Virus record (IMG/VR): IMGVR_UViG_3300008255_000032
Coordinates: 1 to 43,734 of that record
DNA length: 43,734 nucleotides
Source of the DNA: a virus
Taxonomy: Duplodnaviria; Caudoviricetes
Direction: 5' to 3' (one strand)
Part shown: positions 35,440-43,734 of the stretch, one piece after another
Layout of the letters: the number at the start of each line of letters is the position of its first letter
Position numbering within the stretch: the first letter of the stretch is position 1
The notes under the pieces: model-generated
What the model saw: only the letters and a program-made list of their open reading frames with translations
The model's database searches: none
Told to the model about the DNA's origin: nothing
Program-made: the position numbers and the translations under genes

Positions 35440-35853
35440 ATGGGTGCTATTCCTGAATTCCATTTCGACTTTGCAGCAGTGCAAGGGCAGACGTTTGAGG
35501 ACGGAGCTGAGCTTTTATTCAAACAAATGGAAGACCATTACAACGAACATATCAAGCCCGCACCTATTTTATTTGGTGGGAAATCGGTCCCACGGCCGAC
35601 TGGAAGCGTAAGCACTACCCACGCTGACCCACTTCCTTCCACCACGAAGCCAGTGCCGTCGGGTGATTTAATTCGCGTCAAAGACGATTACGAAATTAAA
35701 AACGGCAAGGACCTCGGGCTCAAAGAGGGCTTCGTACTGACTGGTGTGACCGACAAAGACGTGGAAATTTTCGACTTTCTCAAGAATTATACAGCTGGCG
35801 ATACGGTCGTCGAAGGTGAGTCTGGTAAGTATGATTTAGGAAAAGCCAAATGA
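35440..35853 (+). CDS. Hypothetical protein
   Basis: 137 aa, GAGG RBS, ATGA coupling to recA. Confidence 0.7.
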   Translation: MGAIPEFHFDFAAVQGQTFEDGAELLFKQMEDHYNEHIKPAPILFGGKSVPRPTGSVSTTHADPLPSTTKPVPSGDLIRVKDDYEIKNGKDLGLKEGFVLTGVTDKDVEIFDFLKNYTAGDTVVEGESGKYDLGKAK

Positions 35854-36839
35854 ATGTCTGCTTAAACGACCAGGTAAAGTTTGAAGCCAAACGTGCTGAT
35901 GCTAAGTTTTGCTCACCAAAATGTCGTAAAGCCTATGCTCGCAAAAACAATATCGATGAAGCAACAGGCGAGGTTTTGGACCCCGAAACGGCTGGCGTAA
36001 AAACTATCAAGATTCAAAAAGAGTCTGCGCCAAAAGAGTACGACCGCGAAAAGAATCTCAAGGCATTCATCAAAATGGGTGTCGCGGACGTTGACTGGAT
36101 AAGCACTGGCCTGGCTGATTTTGATGCGCTGACCCAGATTCCAAAGGGGCGCGTCACTCACATATTTGGCCCTGAAGGTGTCGGCAAAACGACGCTCTGC
36201 CTCAATATGATTCGTGGATTGAAGACCAAAAAGGTGTTCTATGTGGATTCCGAAGCTGCGCTGAACCCTTATCTTTTGGTGGATTTGGAACTTGACCCTA
36301 AATTATTCAACCTCTACAACGAATCCAGCTACTTTGAGGACATCTCAGAAGCCATTCGTGAGGCTGCAAGCTCTGGCGAGTATGATATGGTCATTTTCGA
36401 TTCCCTAGCAGCGTGTACGACGCGAGCTGAAACGGAGGGCAAGATTACGGACCGCAATATCGGCCAAAAAGCCTTCTTCATGCACAAACTTCTGCACATG
36501 ACGCAGATGGAATTCAAGCGGACCAACACGGCGTTCGTCATCATTAACCAGGAGCGCGATAAAATCGGTGGCTATGTGCCTGAGAAGTACACCCCAGGAG
36601 GTACGGCCGTCCCATACGCAGCATCGCTGTCGATTCGGCTCAAAACTACTAAGGGCCGACGCTTCCCAGTTCCAAAAAAGGGCGCGAAACGTCATACTTA
36701 CGAAGGTCACATGGTTGAAGCGACGATTATCAAGTCGAAAGTCAATCAACCGTGGCGAACAGGTGAATTTAAACTGCTATATCCGAACCCTTATGAGGTA
36801 GAGGTCGAGCAAACAGAAGGAGTAAAAGATGATTTTTAA
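35850..36839 (+). CDS. recA: RecA/UvsX-like recombinase with N-terminal Cys motif
   Basis: ISTG, IPKGRV.HIFGPEGVGKTT, YVDSEAAL, IFDSLAA, INQ.R.KIG, TPGG.A..YAAS. Confidence 0.9.
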   Translation: MNVCLNDQVKFEAKRADAKFCSPKCRKAYARKNNIDEATGEVLDPETAGVKTIKIQKESAPKEYDREKNLKAFIKMGVADVDWISTGLADFDALTQIPKGRVTHIFGPEGVGKTTLCLNMIRGLKTKKVFYVDSEAALNPYLLVDLELDPKLFNLYNESSYFEDISEAIREAASSGEYDMVIFDSLAACTTRAETEGKITDRNIGQKAFFMHKLLHMTQMEFKRTNTAFVIINQERDKIGGYVPEKYTPGGTAVPYAASLSIRLKTTKGRRFPVPKKGAKRHTYEGHMVEATIIKSKVNQPWRTGEFKLLYPNPYEVEVEQTEGVKDDF

Positions 36840-37125
36840 CGGATTCGATTTTGAGCACCTAGACTTCAAGAAGCAAGGCCGTGAACGGCAGCGATTCTAC
36901 ATTTCAAACTACGATAAGCCCGTCACAGAAGAGCAATTTATAGCCGAAGTCAAGAAGTGGCCACGGAAAGAGCTCCACAACTCAGCGTCTCGTTCGGCCA
37001 GCGCGTCTCGGCATAAGCATCGTTATTTGGTGCGGAGATACGGATTTTTCACGCCGACTCAGCAACCAGCGGGAGCTAGTTGGCCGAACGGCACTGGAGA
37101 TGTTCATGCCAAGACCCAAGCCTGA
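36829..37125 (+). CDS. Hypothetical protein
   Basis: AAGGAG RBS, overlaps recA stop. Confidence 0.6.
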   Translation: MIFNGFDFEHLDFKKQGRERQRFYISNYDKPVTEEQFIAEVKKWPRKELHNSASRSASASRHKHRYLVRRYGFFTPTQQPAGASWPNGTGDVHAKTQA

Positions 37126-37417
37126 CCGAGCGGGCGAGCGTCGCCATATTTATCTACCCCCAAAGTACCTAGATATGGCCGACGACATTGAAAACTTGAG
37201 CGGTTTCGTTCAAATCTGCTTGGACCAAGCCCCAGATATCATGGCTTGGGCTATACTAAACAAAGCGGACCCCAAAAAATATCATCCCCGTAAAAAAATG
37301 GAAGATGTGCTGGATGAATTCAACGATAAATTCCCACTCGACCCATTGACACAAAAAAGGCAAGGAAAGACTAAATGGCGCGACCCCTCTCCGAAGATAC
37401 CCGACTCGCTATACTGA
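37100..37417 (+). CDS. Hypothetical protein, possible ribbon-helix-helix regulator
   Basis: RRHIYLP strand then two short helices (NLSGFVQICLD). Confidence 0.55.
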   Translation: MFMPRPKPDRAGERRHIYLPPKYLDMADDIENLSGFVQICLDQAPDIMAWAILNKADPKKYHPRKKMEDVLDEFNDKFPLDPLTQKRQGKTKWRDPSPKIPDSLY

Positions 37418-39402
37418 GTCGAATCGATAACTACGCAGAACTCTTGGCTGAAGAGGCCGAGATTGCGATTATTCGTGTTATTGCAGATGATTTCTTCTTT
37501 TTCTGTGAAAGAAATTTATACATTGAAGACAAAATCACCTCTGAGGTAATCCCTCTTATCGACGTGATAAATTGGCAGCAACGCCAGCTGCTCAAGGTGG
37601 TGCTTCAGGATATAGCGGACGGCAAGCCTGTTCGTTATATTATTTTGAAAGCTCGTCAGATGGGGCTATCTACTATCATCGAGGCCCTTGGTTATTGGTG
37701 GACTATCACGCACCGAAACATTCACACGCTTATCATCGCTCACGACTCGGACGCTGCTGAATCACTGTACGAAATGTTTAAACGCTACTTCGACTACAGC
37801 CACTACAATTTCCAGCCAGACCGAAAATATAACAACAAAAAGCAGTTGGTATTTGACGTTGAAGATAAATTCAAGGAAGAGTGGACCGAGCATATTTCAA
37901 TGTGCCGTGAGCCTGATATTTGTGGTGTGAGTCACAAAGCACCTGGACTCGGCAGCTCCATCAAAACGATGGTCGCGAAAGACGGCAAGGGTCGCTCGAT
38001 GAAAAACCATTTCTTCCACGGCTCAGAGGTTGCCTTCTGGGAAGCTAAAGCCGACGTGGTATCTGCTGCAATTCAGACGGTTCCGCTCGCGCCGAAGACC
38101 TTTGTATTTTTGGAGAGCACAGCCAACGGTGTCGGTGGCTTTTTCTACGATACCTGGCAGTCGGCCAAGCGTGGTGAATCGAACCTCAACCCATTGTTCT
38201 TTGCCTGGCACGAGCACGAAGAGTATCAAATTCCTGGCACTTGCAATGAGCTCTACGATGAGGAAGAAATCGCGCTCATGGAAATTTTCTTCGAGAAAAA
38301 TTATGACCGTGAAGTATGGGACTGGAAGATTTTGTGGCGACGTGAAAAGAAAAAAGAATTCATCGATGACCCAAAAAAGTTCTACCAGGAATATCCAAAA
38401 GACGATATGGAAGCTTTTATCGCTTCGGGTCGCCCACGTTTCGACACCAAAATGCTTATCAAGATGGAAGAATATGCCATCAAAAAAGGCAGCTACAAAG
38501 CTGGTGGCTACAAATACGGTCAGATTATTCCGAATGCAAACCCCGATGCGCTCGATGCCGACCGCTATGTGTTCGAAGAGGTGCTACAGGTTATGGATGG
38601 CTCAGACCCGACACCGCTCAAGGTATTTGAAATGCCTATCAAGAAAAAGTCAGGCCCAGAAGGTCATCCCGAGGCAAAATATGTGGTCGCGGTGGACGTT
38701 TCAGAAGGCAAGCTCAACAAGGAATCCCGTAAAAAAGAAAATGACTTTTCGGTTATTCATGTGCTTCGAGCCGACAATTATCAAACCGTTGCTCGTTGGC
38801 GCGGTCATATCGACCCAGACCAACTAGCTCTAGTCGTATATGCTATCGGTATTTTCTACAATCGTGCTTTGGTGGGTGTCGAGGTTAATAACCATGGTCT
38901 GACGACTGTACAGGCGCTCCGAAACAAGTCATATCCTAATTTGTATATGCGTGAAAGTAATGAAGAACACCGCTTCCAGGAGCGTACCTCTCTTATGGGT
39001 TTCAGTACTAACCGAAAAACAAAAAAGATTATCATTGATAACTTGGCACAAGCAATACGAGAAGGTGATATACTTGACCTAGATGTAGTTTTCATTCGTG
39101 AATGCATGACCTACATCCGTGACGACCAGGGCTTCACCAACGCCCAGGAAGGCCAATTTGATGACACGGTGATGGCAATGGCAATCGCCCTGCATCTAGC
39201 GGATTACACGTCAATAGACACCACGGAACTAAAGAGCAAAATTAGTAAACCTATAAAGAGAAACAAAAATGCAACCACTAGCACCGATTCAAACCTCGAC
39301 TCCATCGCCCGCCCAGGCGCAAGGCGTTCGTCGTTCAGCGAAGCAATCGAAAGACGACGAGCAAAAAGAAGTGCACATCAAGCAAAACGGCGAAACCGAT
39401 AG
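37375..39402 (+). CDS. Terminase large subunit
   Basis: ILKARQMGLST Walker A, HGSEVAFW Walker B, LESTANG, AVDVSEG and DDTVMA nuclease motifs. Confidence 0.95.
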   Translation: MARPLSEDTRLAILSRIDNYAELLAEEAEIAIIRVIADDFFFFCERNLYIEDKITSEVIPLIDVINWQQRQLLKVVLQDIADGKPVRYIILKARQMGLSTIIEALGYWWTITHRNIHTLIIAHDSDAAESLYEMFKRYFDYSHYNFQPDRKYNNKKQLVFDVEDKFKEEWTEHISMCREPDICGVSHKAPGLGSSIKTMVAKDGKGRSMKNHFFHGSEVAFWEAKADVVSAAIQTVPLAPKTFVFLESTANGVGGFFYDTWQSAKRGESNLNPLFFAWHEHEEYQIPGTCNELYDEEEIALMEIFFEKNYDREVWDWKILWRREKKKEFIDDPKKFYQEYPKDDMEAFIASGRPRFDTKMLIKMEEYAIKKGSYKAGGYKYGQIIPNANPDALDADRYVFEEVLQVMDGSDPTPLKVFEMPIKKKSGPEGHPEAKYVVAVDVSEGKLNKESRKKENDFSVIHVLRADNYQTVARWRGHIDPDQLALVVYAIGIFYNRALVGVEVNNHGLTTVQALRNKSYPNLYMRESNEEHRFQERTSLMGFSTNRKTKKIIIDNLAQAIREGDILDLDVVFIRECMTYIRDDQGFTNAQEGQFDDTVMAMAIALHLADYTSIDTTELKSKISKPIKRNKNATTSTDSNLDSIARPGARRSSFSEAIERRRAKRSAHQAKRRNR

Positions 39403-41341
39403 CGAGCTGACGTTCGATGAGGCGTTAAAACTTTTTGAAGGTTCTCGCAAATATATCGATTCTGGCTTCCGTAAGGACTGGGACAAATACTTCAAGGTTT
39501 ATAAAGGCACTCGAGTTGACCGCAACTACGAGGGCATTTCTGACCCTTCAATTCGTGAATCTCACACGATTATCGAAACACTGGTAGCGAACATTGCATC
39601 GGGCATACCGATGTTCTCTTTTGTGCGCACCAATGAAGAACAGGCTGCCGATACTGAAGTCCTGAACCAAATGCTCCACTACTTTATGATTTGTAATCGT
39701 ATGGGCCTCAAGAACCAAGAGTGGGTCCGCGACATGCTTATGTATGGAACGGGTATTCTGGGTGTTGAATGGCGCGACGGTAAGCCGTTTATCTTCAATA
39801 TCCCACTGCGCGACTTCTTCTTCGATTCAACTGCAACAGGTATGGTTCAAACGCTTACACCAGCTCGATACGCTGGATATGAGTATCTGGCCGACAAGTC
39901 AGAGCTCGAAAAAGAGCAAATTTATGACGCTTCACGCGAAAACTCCGATGGTACAAAGGGCGCGTGGGTCCCACGCTATACTGGACTCAATGACCTTGGC
40001 CCTCCTGACAAAAAGGGTGGCAAAGATGGTGGCAGCAACGGTATGGACAAAGCCTTCAAGGATATGTTCAAGGGTTCAACGATGGGCGAAGAGGCTACCG
40101 AGAATCAGATTCACATTATCAAGTTATTCCACCTTCCTACTGGCCGTATCTACGAAATCGGTAACAAAAAAGCCTTCATCTACAACAAGCCTACCTGGTG
40201 TCAGCGTAAAGAAATCACTCGTATGGATGTCGAGCTTGGCCCTGACGGTCAAGAAATCGAAATGCCACGCAAGTTATCGGCCATTGCGCCGTTCTTGCCA
40301 TTTGCTATTTTGCGCGACTACATCGATTCTTCTCAATTCCTTGGTGCGGGTGAGATGGAATTGCTCATCCAAGATGCTGAGCTTTTGAATGATTACGAAG
40401 CAATGCAAGTTGACAATAGCGCGTATCAAAACGCTCCTATGGGCTGGGTAGACCCACAATATGCAGACCTGATTCCTGAAATTGAATTTATCTCAGGAGC
40501 CGTTTATCCTATACCTCGCAATGCTATGGGTTGGATTGACCGACCTCAGCTCACAGGTGACCTTGATGCCAAACAGGATAAGATTCTCCAACGTATGCGT
40601 CGTGCTACGGCAGCTGATGAGGCCGTCCAAGGTGGTTCTATCGGCAATAGCCGAACTACTGCCACTGAGGTACAAACTCAAATGAATCAGGCAAATACTC
40701 GATTCCGCACTAAAATCAGCAATCTTGAATCCGAGGGTTATGCGCAACTCGCGAACATCCTCTTCAAATTGGTGCAAATCTTTGTCACGACCAAGACGGC
40801 CGTTCGTATTGTCGGCAAAATGGGTGTTACCTTCAAAGACTACGACCCATGGGAATATGACGGCGAATGGGAAGCAAATGCTCAGCTCGACACTACTATC
40901 AAGGGTGTAGAGATGGAAGTTGGCATGAAAGACCAGGCTTCAATGGAGTGGATGAAGGGCAACCCAATCTACAATCAAATTGAAGTCGGCCGATGGTGGA
41001 TGCAGAAGAAAGACCCAACCCTTACGGATGAGGCTTACAACAAACTGCTTGCGCCACCACCAGAACCAGATGCTAACGATAATGATAAGGACTTCTTACA
41101 GGTTGCCTACAAAGACCTCGAACCATGGGGCCGATACCAGGCACAGAAAGACCTCGGATGGGACCCAGACCCTAGTTTGGCTGGCGACCAGGAAGTTCGC
41201 ATGCTTCGCCAAGCGAACCAAGGTGCTGACCTTATGGACCCACTCACTAACGCCGATAATGCCACTATTCCAGGCGCGGACAAACTCCTAAACCCAGATG
41301 ATGCGCCACCAACTCGTCAGCCAGCTATGCTGCCAGCGTAA
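39269..41341 (+). CDS. Portal protein (P22/T7-type)
   Basis: 690 aa after terminase; MLMYGTGI, RTTATEV motifs. Confidence 0.88.
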   Translation: MQPLAPIQTSTPSPAQAQGVRRSAKQSKDDEQKEVHIKQNGETDSELTFDEALKLFEGSRKYIDSGFRKDWDKYFKVYKGTRVDRNYEGISDPSIRESHTIIETLVANIASGIPMFSFVRTNEEQAADTEVLNQMLHYFMICNRMGLKNQEWVRDMLMYGTGILGVEWRDGKPFIFNIPLRDFFFDSTATGMVQTLTPARYAGYEYLADKSELEKEQIYDASRENSDGTKGAWVPRYTGLNDLGPPDKKGGKDGGSNGMDKAFKDMFKGSTMGEEATENQIHIIKLFHLPTGRIYEIGNKKAFIYNKPTWCQRKEITRMDVELGPDGQEIEMPRKLSAIAPFLPFAILRDYIDSSQFLGAGEMELLIQDAELLNDYEAMQVDNSAYQNAPMGWVDPQYADLIPEIEFISGAVYPIPRNAMGWIDRPQLTGDLDAKQDKILQRMRRATAADEAVQGGSIGNSRTTATEVQTQMNQANTRFRTKISNLESEGYAQLANILFKLVQIFVTTKTAVRIVGKMGVTFKDYDPWEYDGEWEANAQLDTTIKGVEMEVGMKDQASMEWMKGNPIYNQIEVGRWWMQKKDPTLTDEAYNKLLAPPPEPDANDNDKDFLQVAYKDLEPWGRYQAQKDLGWDPDPSLAGDQEVRMLRQANQGADLMDPLTNADNATIPGADKLLNPDDAPPTRQPAMLPA

Positions 41342-41384
41342 TAGTGATATACTGGTAGTGATTACTAAACAAGGAGCAATCAAA

Positions 41385-41798
41385 ATGACAAAAGCATCTA
41401 CTAAAGCAAAGAACGCGACTCGCGCTCAAAAAGTAAAGTCGACTCACGAAGAGAAAAATGCTGAGCGCAAAAGTGACCAGCAAACCATTAAGGCAGCCTA
41501 CCTCAGCGGTAATGGCGAAGTTGTCCTGGAAGACCTCTTAAAAAAGATTCCACTGTGGCAGAAGTTGAACACGCAAATCGCCCAGGATGGTGTTGGTGCG
41601 CGACCAACGGGCTATAAGCTCGCCGACGGCAGCCAAGAGATTGAAAACATTTACCTAACTCCTGAGCAACGCGCCACTTATCTCGATAAGAATGCTGGTA
41701 TGCAAGTCATTTTCGATTATATCGAGCGCCAAATGACTCAACCTCAGCCTGACGCTAAACCAAAGACAAAACAAAAAGACACTGTAAAAACTGTCTAG
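41385..41798 (+). CDS. Head-module hypothetical protein (start taken at MTKAS)
   Basis: AAGGAG RBS before ATG at 41385; lies between portal and scaffold. Confidence 0.7.
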   Translation: MTKASTKAKNATRAQKVKSTHEEKNAERKSDQQTIKAAYLSGNGEVVLEDLLKKIPLWQKLNTQIAQDGVGARPTGYKLADGSQEIENIYLTPEQRATYLDKNAGMQVIFDYIERQMTQPQPDAKPKTKQKDTVKTV

Positions 41799-41887
41799 TT
41801 GTGCTTTTGTTTTGTTTGGTGCTAATATAGCTATACAACCACTTAATTGCGGTTTGCAATTTTCAAACAAATAAGGAGAAAAATAAG

Positions 41888-42706
41888 ATGCCAGAACCAT
41901 CTATTCCTGCAACGGACGACGCGCCAGTGGTAACCCCACCCGCACCCGACGCAGCAGATAACGGGACCGTTCCACCAGTGAATGATAACCCCGACGCATC
42001 GAAGTCAGACGACACTGTTGTTGCTGATGACGATAAGTCAAAAGAAACAAACAAGACGGATGACACTCCAGCTACTCAGTTCGACGATGACCTCGACGAC
42101 TGGATAACGAAGCGTGGCCATAAGGTCCCTGAAACCGATGCCGAGAAGAAATCTTTTCAAGATTTGCGGAACGAGCAACGGGGGTTCCATTCGGAGCGCC
42201 AGGCAAAGAAAGACGCAGACGAGCTTGCTAAGGCTACGGCCGATGCGAAAGCTGACGTTACCAGTGACGACGATGATGACGAATTAGACGATGAAGAAAA
42301 ACGTCTAAAGAAGATTGAAGACGACCTCGCTTCCGAGCGAACCACTCGCCAGCAATCCGAGTTTTACATCACGAACAAAGTGACACCTGAACAGGGCAAA
42401 GCCATCCTCGATGTAATGAAGGAAAAGTTTGCTGCACCATCTACCCCAGAAGGGAAGAAACGGGCATTTGAACTGTGGTCCACCCCTGAAGCCCTAACTG
42501 ATTTGCTCGATTTGGCGAAAGCTCGATTGTCCAAAGCAGCTAGTTCTAGTGTTGCCGAAGATGCTGCGAAAGCTGAGCGTGAGAAAATTGAGCGTGAATC
42601 CAATGCCAAATCCCCTGGCCGAAATGCGACTTCCACTCAAACATCTGACAAGACAGAAGATGAAGCGAGACTGGAACGCTTCAAGGCTAGGTATAATAAA
42701 ACCTAG
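41888..42706 (+). CDS. Capsid scaffolding protein
   Basis: Acidic disordered N-terminus plus coiled coil, directly before capsid; TAAGGAG RBS. Confidence 0.75.
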   Translation: MPEPSIPATDDAPVVTPPAPDAADNGTVPPVNDNPDASKSDDTVVADDDKSKETNKTDDTPATQFDDDLDDWITKRGHKVPETDAEKKSFQDLRNEQRGFHSERQAKKDADELAKATADAKADVTSDDDDDELDDEEKRLKKIEDDLASERTTRQQSEFYITNKVTPEQGKAILDVMKEKFAAPSTPEGKKRAFELWSTPEALTDLLDLAKARLSKAASSSVAEDAAKAEREKIERESNAKSPGRNATSTQTSDKTEDEARLERFKARYNKT

Positions 42707-42723
42707 AAAGAAGAAAAATCAAC

Positions 42724-43557
42724 ATGCAAAACTATGCATCAGAAGTTCTCGATTTAATCGACGAACGGTTTTACCTAGAAAGTAAAACAAACGCTATTGT
42801 CAACAATGGCATCAAATTCAAGTTTACGGGTGTGAACACAGTAACCATCTACAACGTCGATGTTGTCGCTGAAAACGACTACCGCCGAAGTGGTACTATG
42901 CGTTACGGTGAGCTCGTTGAGCTTGGTGACGGTGTACAAGACTTCATCCTTTCACAGGACAAGTCCTTCTCAATCTCCATTGACCGTGGTAACCGAGAAG
43001 ATTCAGAAATGGTTCTTGACATTGAAGAGGCTGTGGACCGTCAGGTTCGCGAAGTATCTATCCCAACAGTGGATGTTTACCGCCTTGCAATTTTGACTGC
43101 TTACGCCGTCGCTAACAGCCAGGTCGCCACAAACGCCCTTGCTTACAACGATACGTTCCAGAAAATTTTGATTCAACGTGCTGCGCTCATTAACGCTAAA
43201 GTGAACCTGGAAGACATCGTAGTTTACATTAACCCAACGGTTGAAATGTACCTATGGCGCGACCCAGAATTTAAGGTTGCTTGTGACCGTACAAACGCGG
43301 ACCGTGCAACTGGTGTTCTTGGTAATGTAATGGGTATGACCATTGTTGTCGCTCCTGACTCATACTTCATCACAAACTTCGGTTTCTTGATGGTGAGCAA
43401 AAAGGTTCTTGTGGCTCCTACGAAGTTCAGTGAAATCAAGACTGGTGACGGATTCCCATTCGGTATCAGTGGTATGGTTGCCTTCGGACGACGCTACTAC
43501 GACGCATTCATTCCAACTAACAAGGGTGTTGCCATCCGACTTCACAAAATTGCTTAA
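42724..43557 (+). CDS. Major capsid protein (HK97 fold)
   Basis: DYRRSG..RYG, LSQDKSFSISID, GVLGNVMGM, GRRYYDAFI; position after scaffold. Confidence 0.85.
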   Translation: MQNYASEVLDLIDERFYLESKTNAIVNNGIKFKFTGVNTVTIYNVDVVAENDYRRSGTMRYGELVELGDGVQDFILSQDKSFSISIDRGNREDSEMVLDIEEAVDRQVREVSIPTVDVYRLAILTAYAVANSQVATNALAYNDTFQKILIQRAALINAKVNLEDIVVYINPTVEMYLWRDPEFKVACDRTNADRATGVLGNVMGMTIVVAPDSYFITNFGFLMVSKKVLVAPTKFSEIKTGDGFPFGISGMVAFGRRYYDAFIPTNKGVAIRLHKIA

Positions 43558-43580
43558 TCTATAGGAAGGAATATAGAATC

Positions 43581-43734
43581 ATGGCTAGCGAAAAATATGA
43601 AACTCCAAAGGAAGGTGCATCCATGGACCGAGAATATTCTCGGAACAAAAGCGCCAAAGTCCCAGGCTCAGGGGTGTACGAACACCCCGAGTCAGGGCAA
43701 CGAGCAATCGTTCAAGGTGACCCACTTTGGGGCA
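43581..43734 (+). CDS. 5' part of the gene continuing at 12..581
   Basis: ATG after GGAAGGA, in frame with MDREYSRNK. Confidence 0.8.
   Translation, partial: MASEKYETPKEGASMDREYSRNKSAKVPGSGVYEHPESGQRAIVQGDPLWG
43612..43734. repeat. Terminal direct repeat, right copy
   Basis: Identical to 1-123. Confidence 0.97.

Noticed and set aside
38030-38827. Long alternative-frame and antisense ORFs (also 39744..40388, 19794..20465 and others)
   Set aside because: Shadows of real genes with Ser/Arg-biased composition and no RBS
1-43734. Stop-codon reassignment
   Set aside because: Genes are intact and tile densely with TAA, TAG and TGA all used as stops

Overview
This window is almost certainly a complete, circularly closed tailed-phage (Caudoviricetes) genome of about 43.6 kb: bases 1-123 recur exactly at 43612-43734. 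It uses the standard genetic code and has two arms. The + strand arm (34323 through the junction to 16842) carries a putative small terminase, RecA, large terminase, P22/T7-type portal, scaffold, major capsid, fibre/collar proteins, podovirus-type tail tube and nozzle, ejection proteins and a CHAP endolysin/holin cassette. The - strand arm (about 34075 down to 17244) carries small early genes, an SF2 helicase, a replication initiator with internal iterons, DnaB-like helicase, Fic protein, primase, PD-(D/E)XK nuclease, RusA and a secreted lytic transglycosylase. I recognised no integrase, repressor, DNA polymerase, tape measure protein, canonical tRNA or CRISPR array. The host is not determinable from sequence; a monoderm host, possibly Saccharibacteria/Patescibacteria, is my inference. 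The most unusual signals are non-coding: (1) an antisense sRNA, hairpin-displayed target and leader ORF in front of the replication initiator; (2) a densely folded ~230-nt RNA behind the transglycosylase; (3) an ACCA-ended tRNA-minihelix-like hairpin in the first early transcript; (4) a GGCTATGGT box shared by four early promoters; (5) leaderless + strand genes; (6) a TGTCACA repeat field near the probable packaging site. All protein calls come from motif recognition by eye, not database searches.
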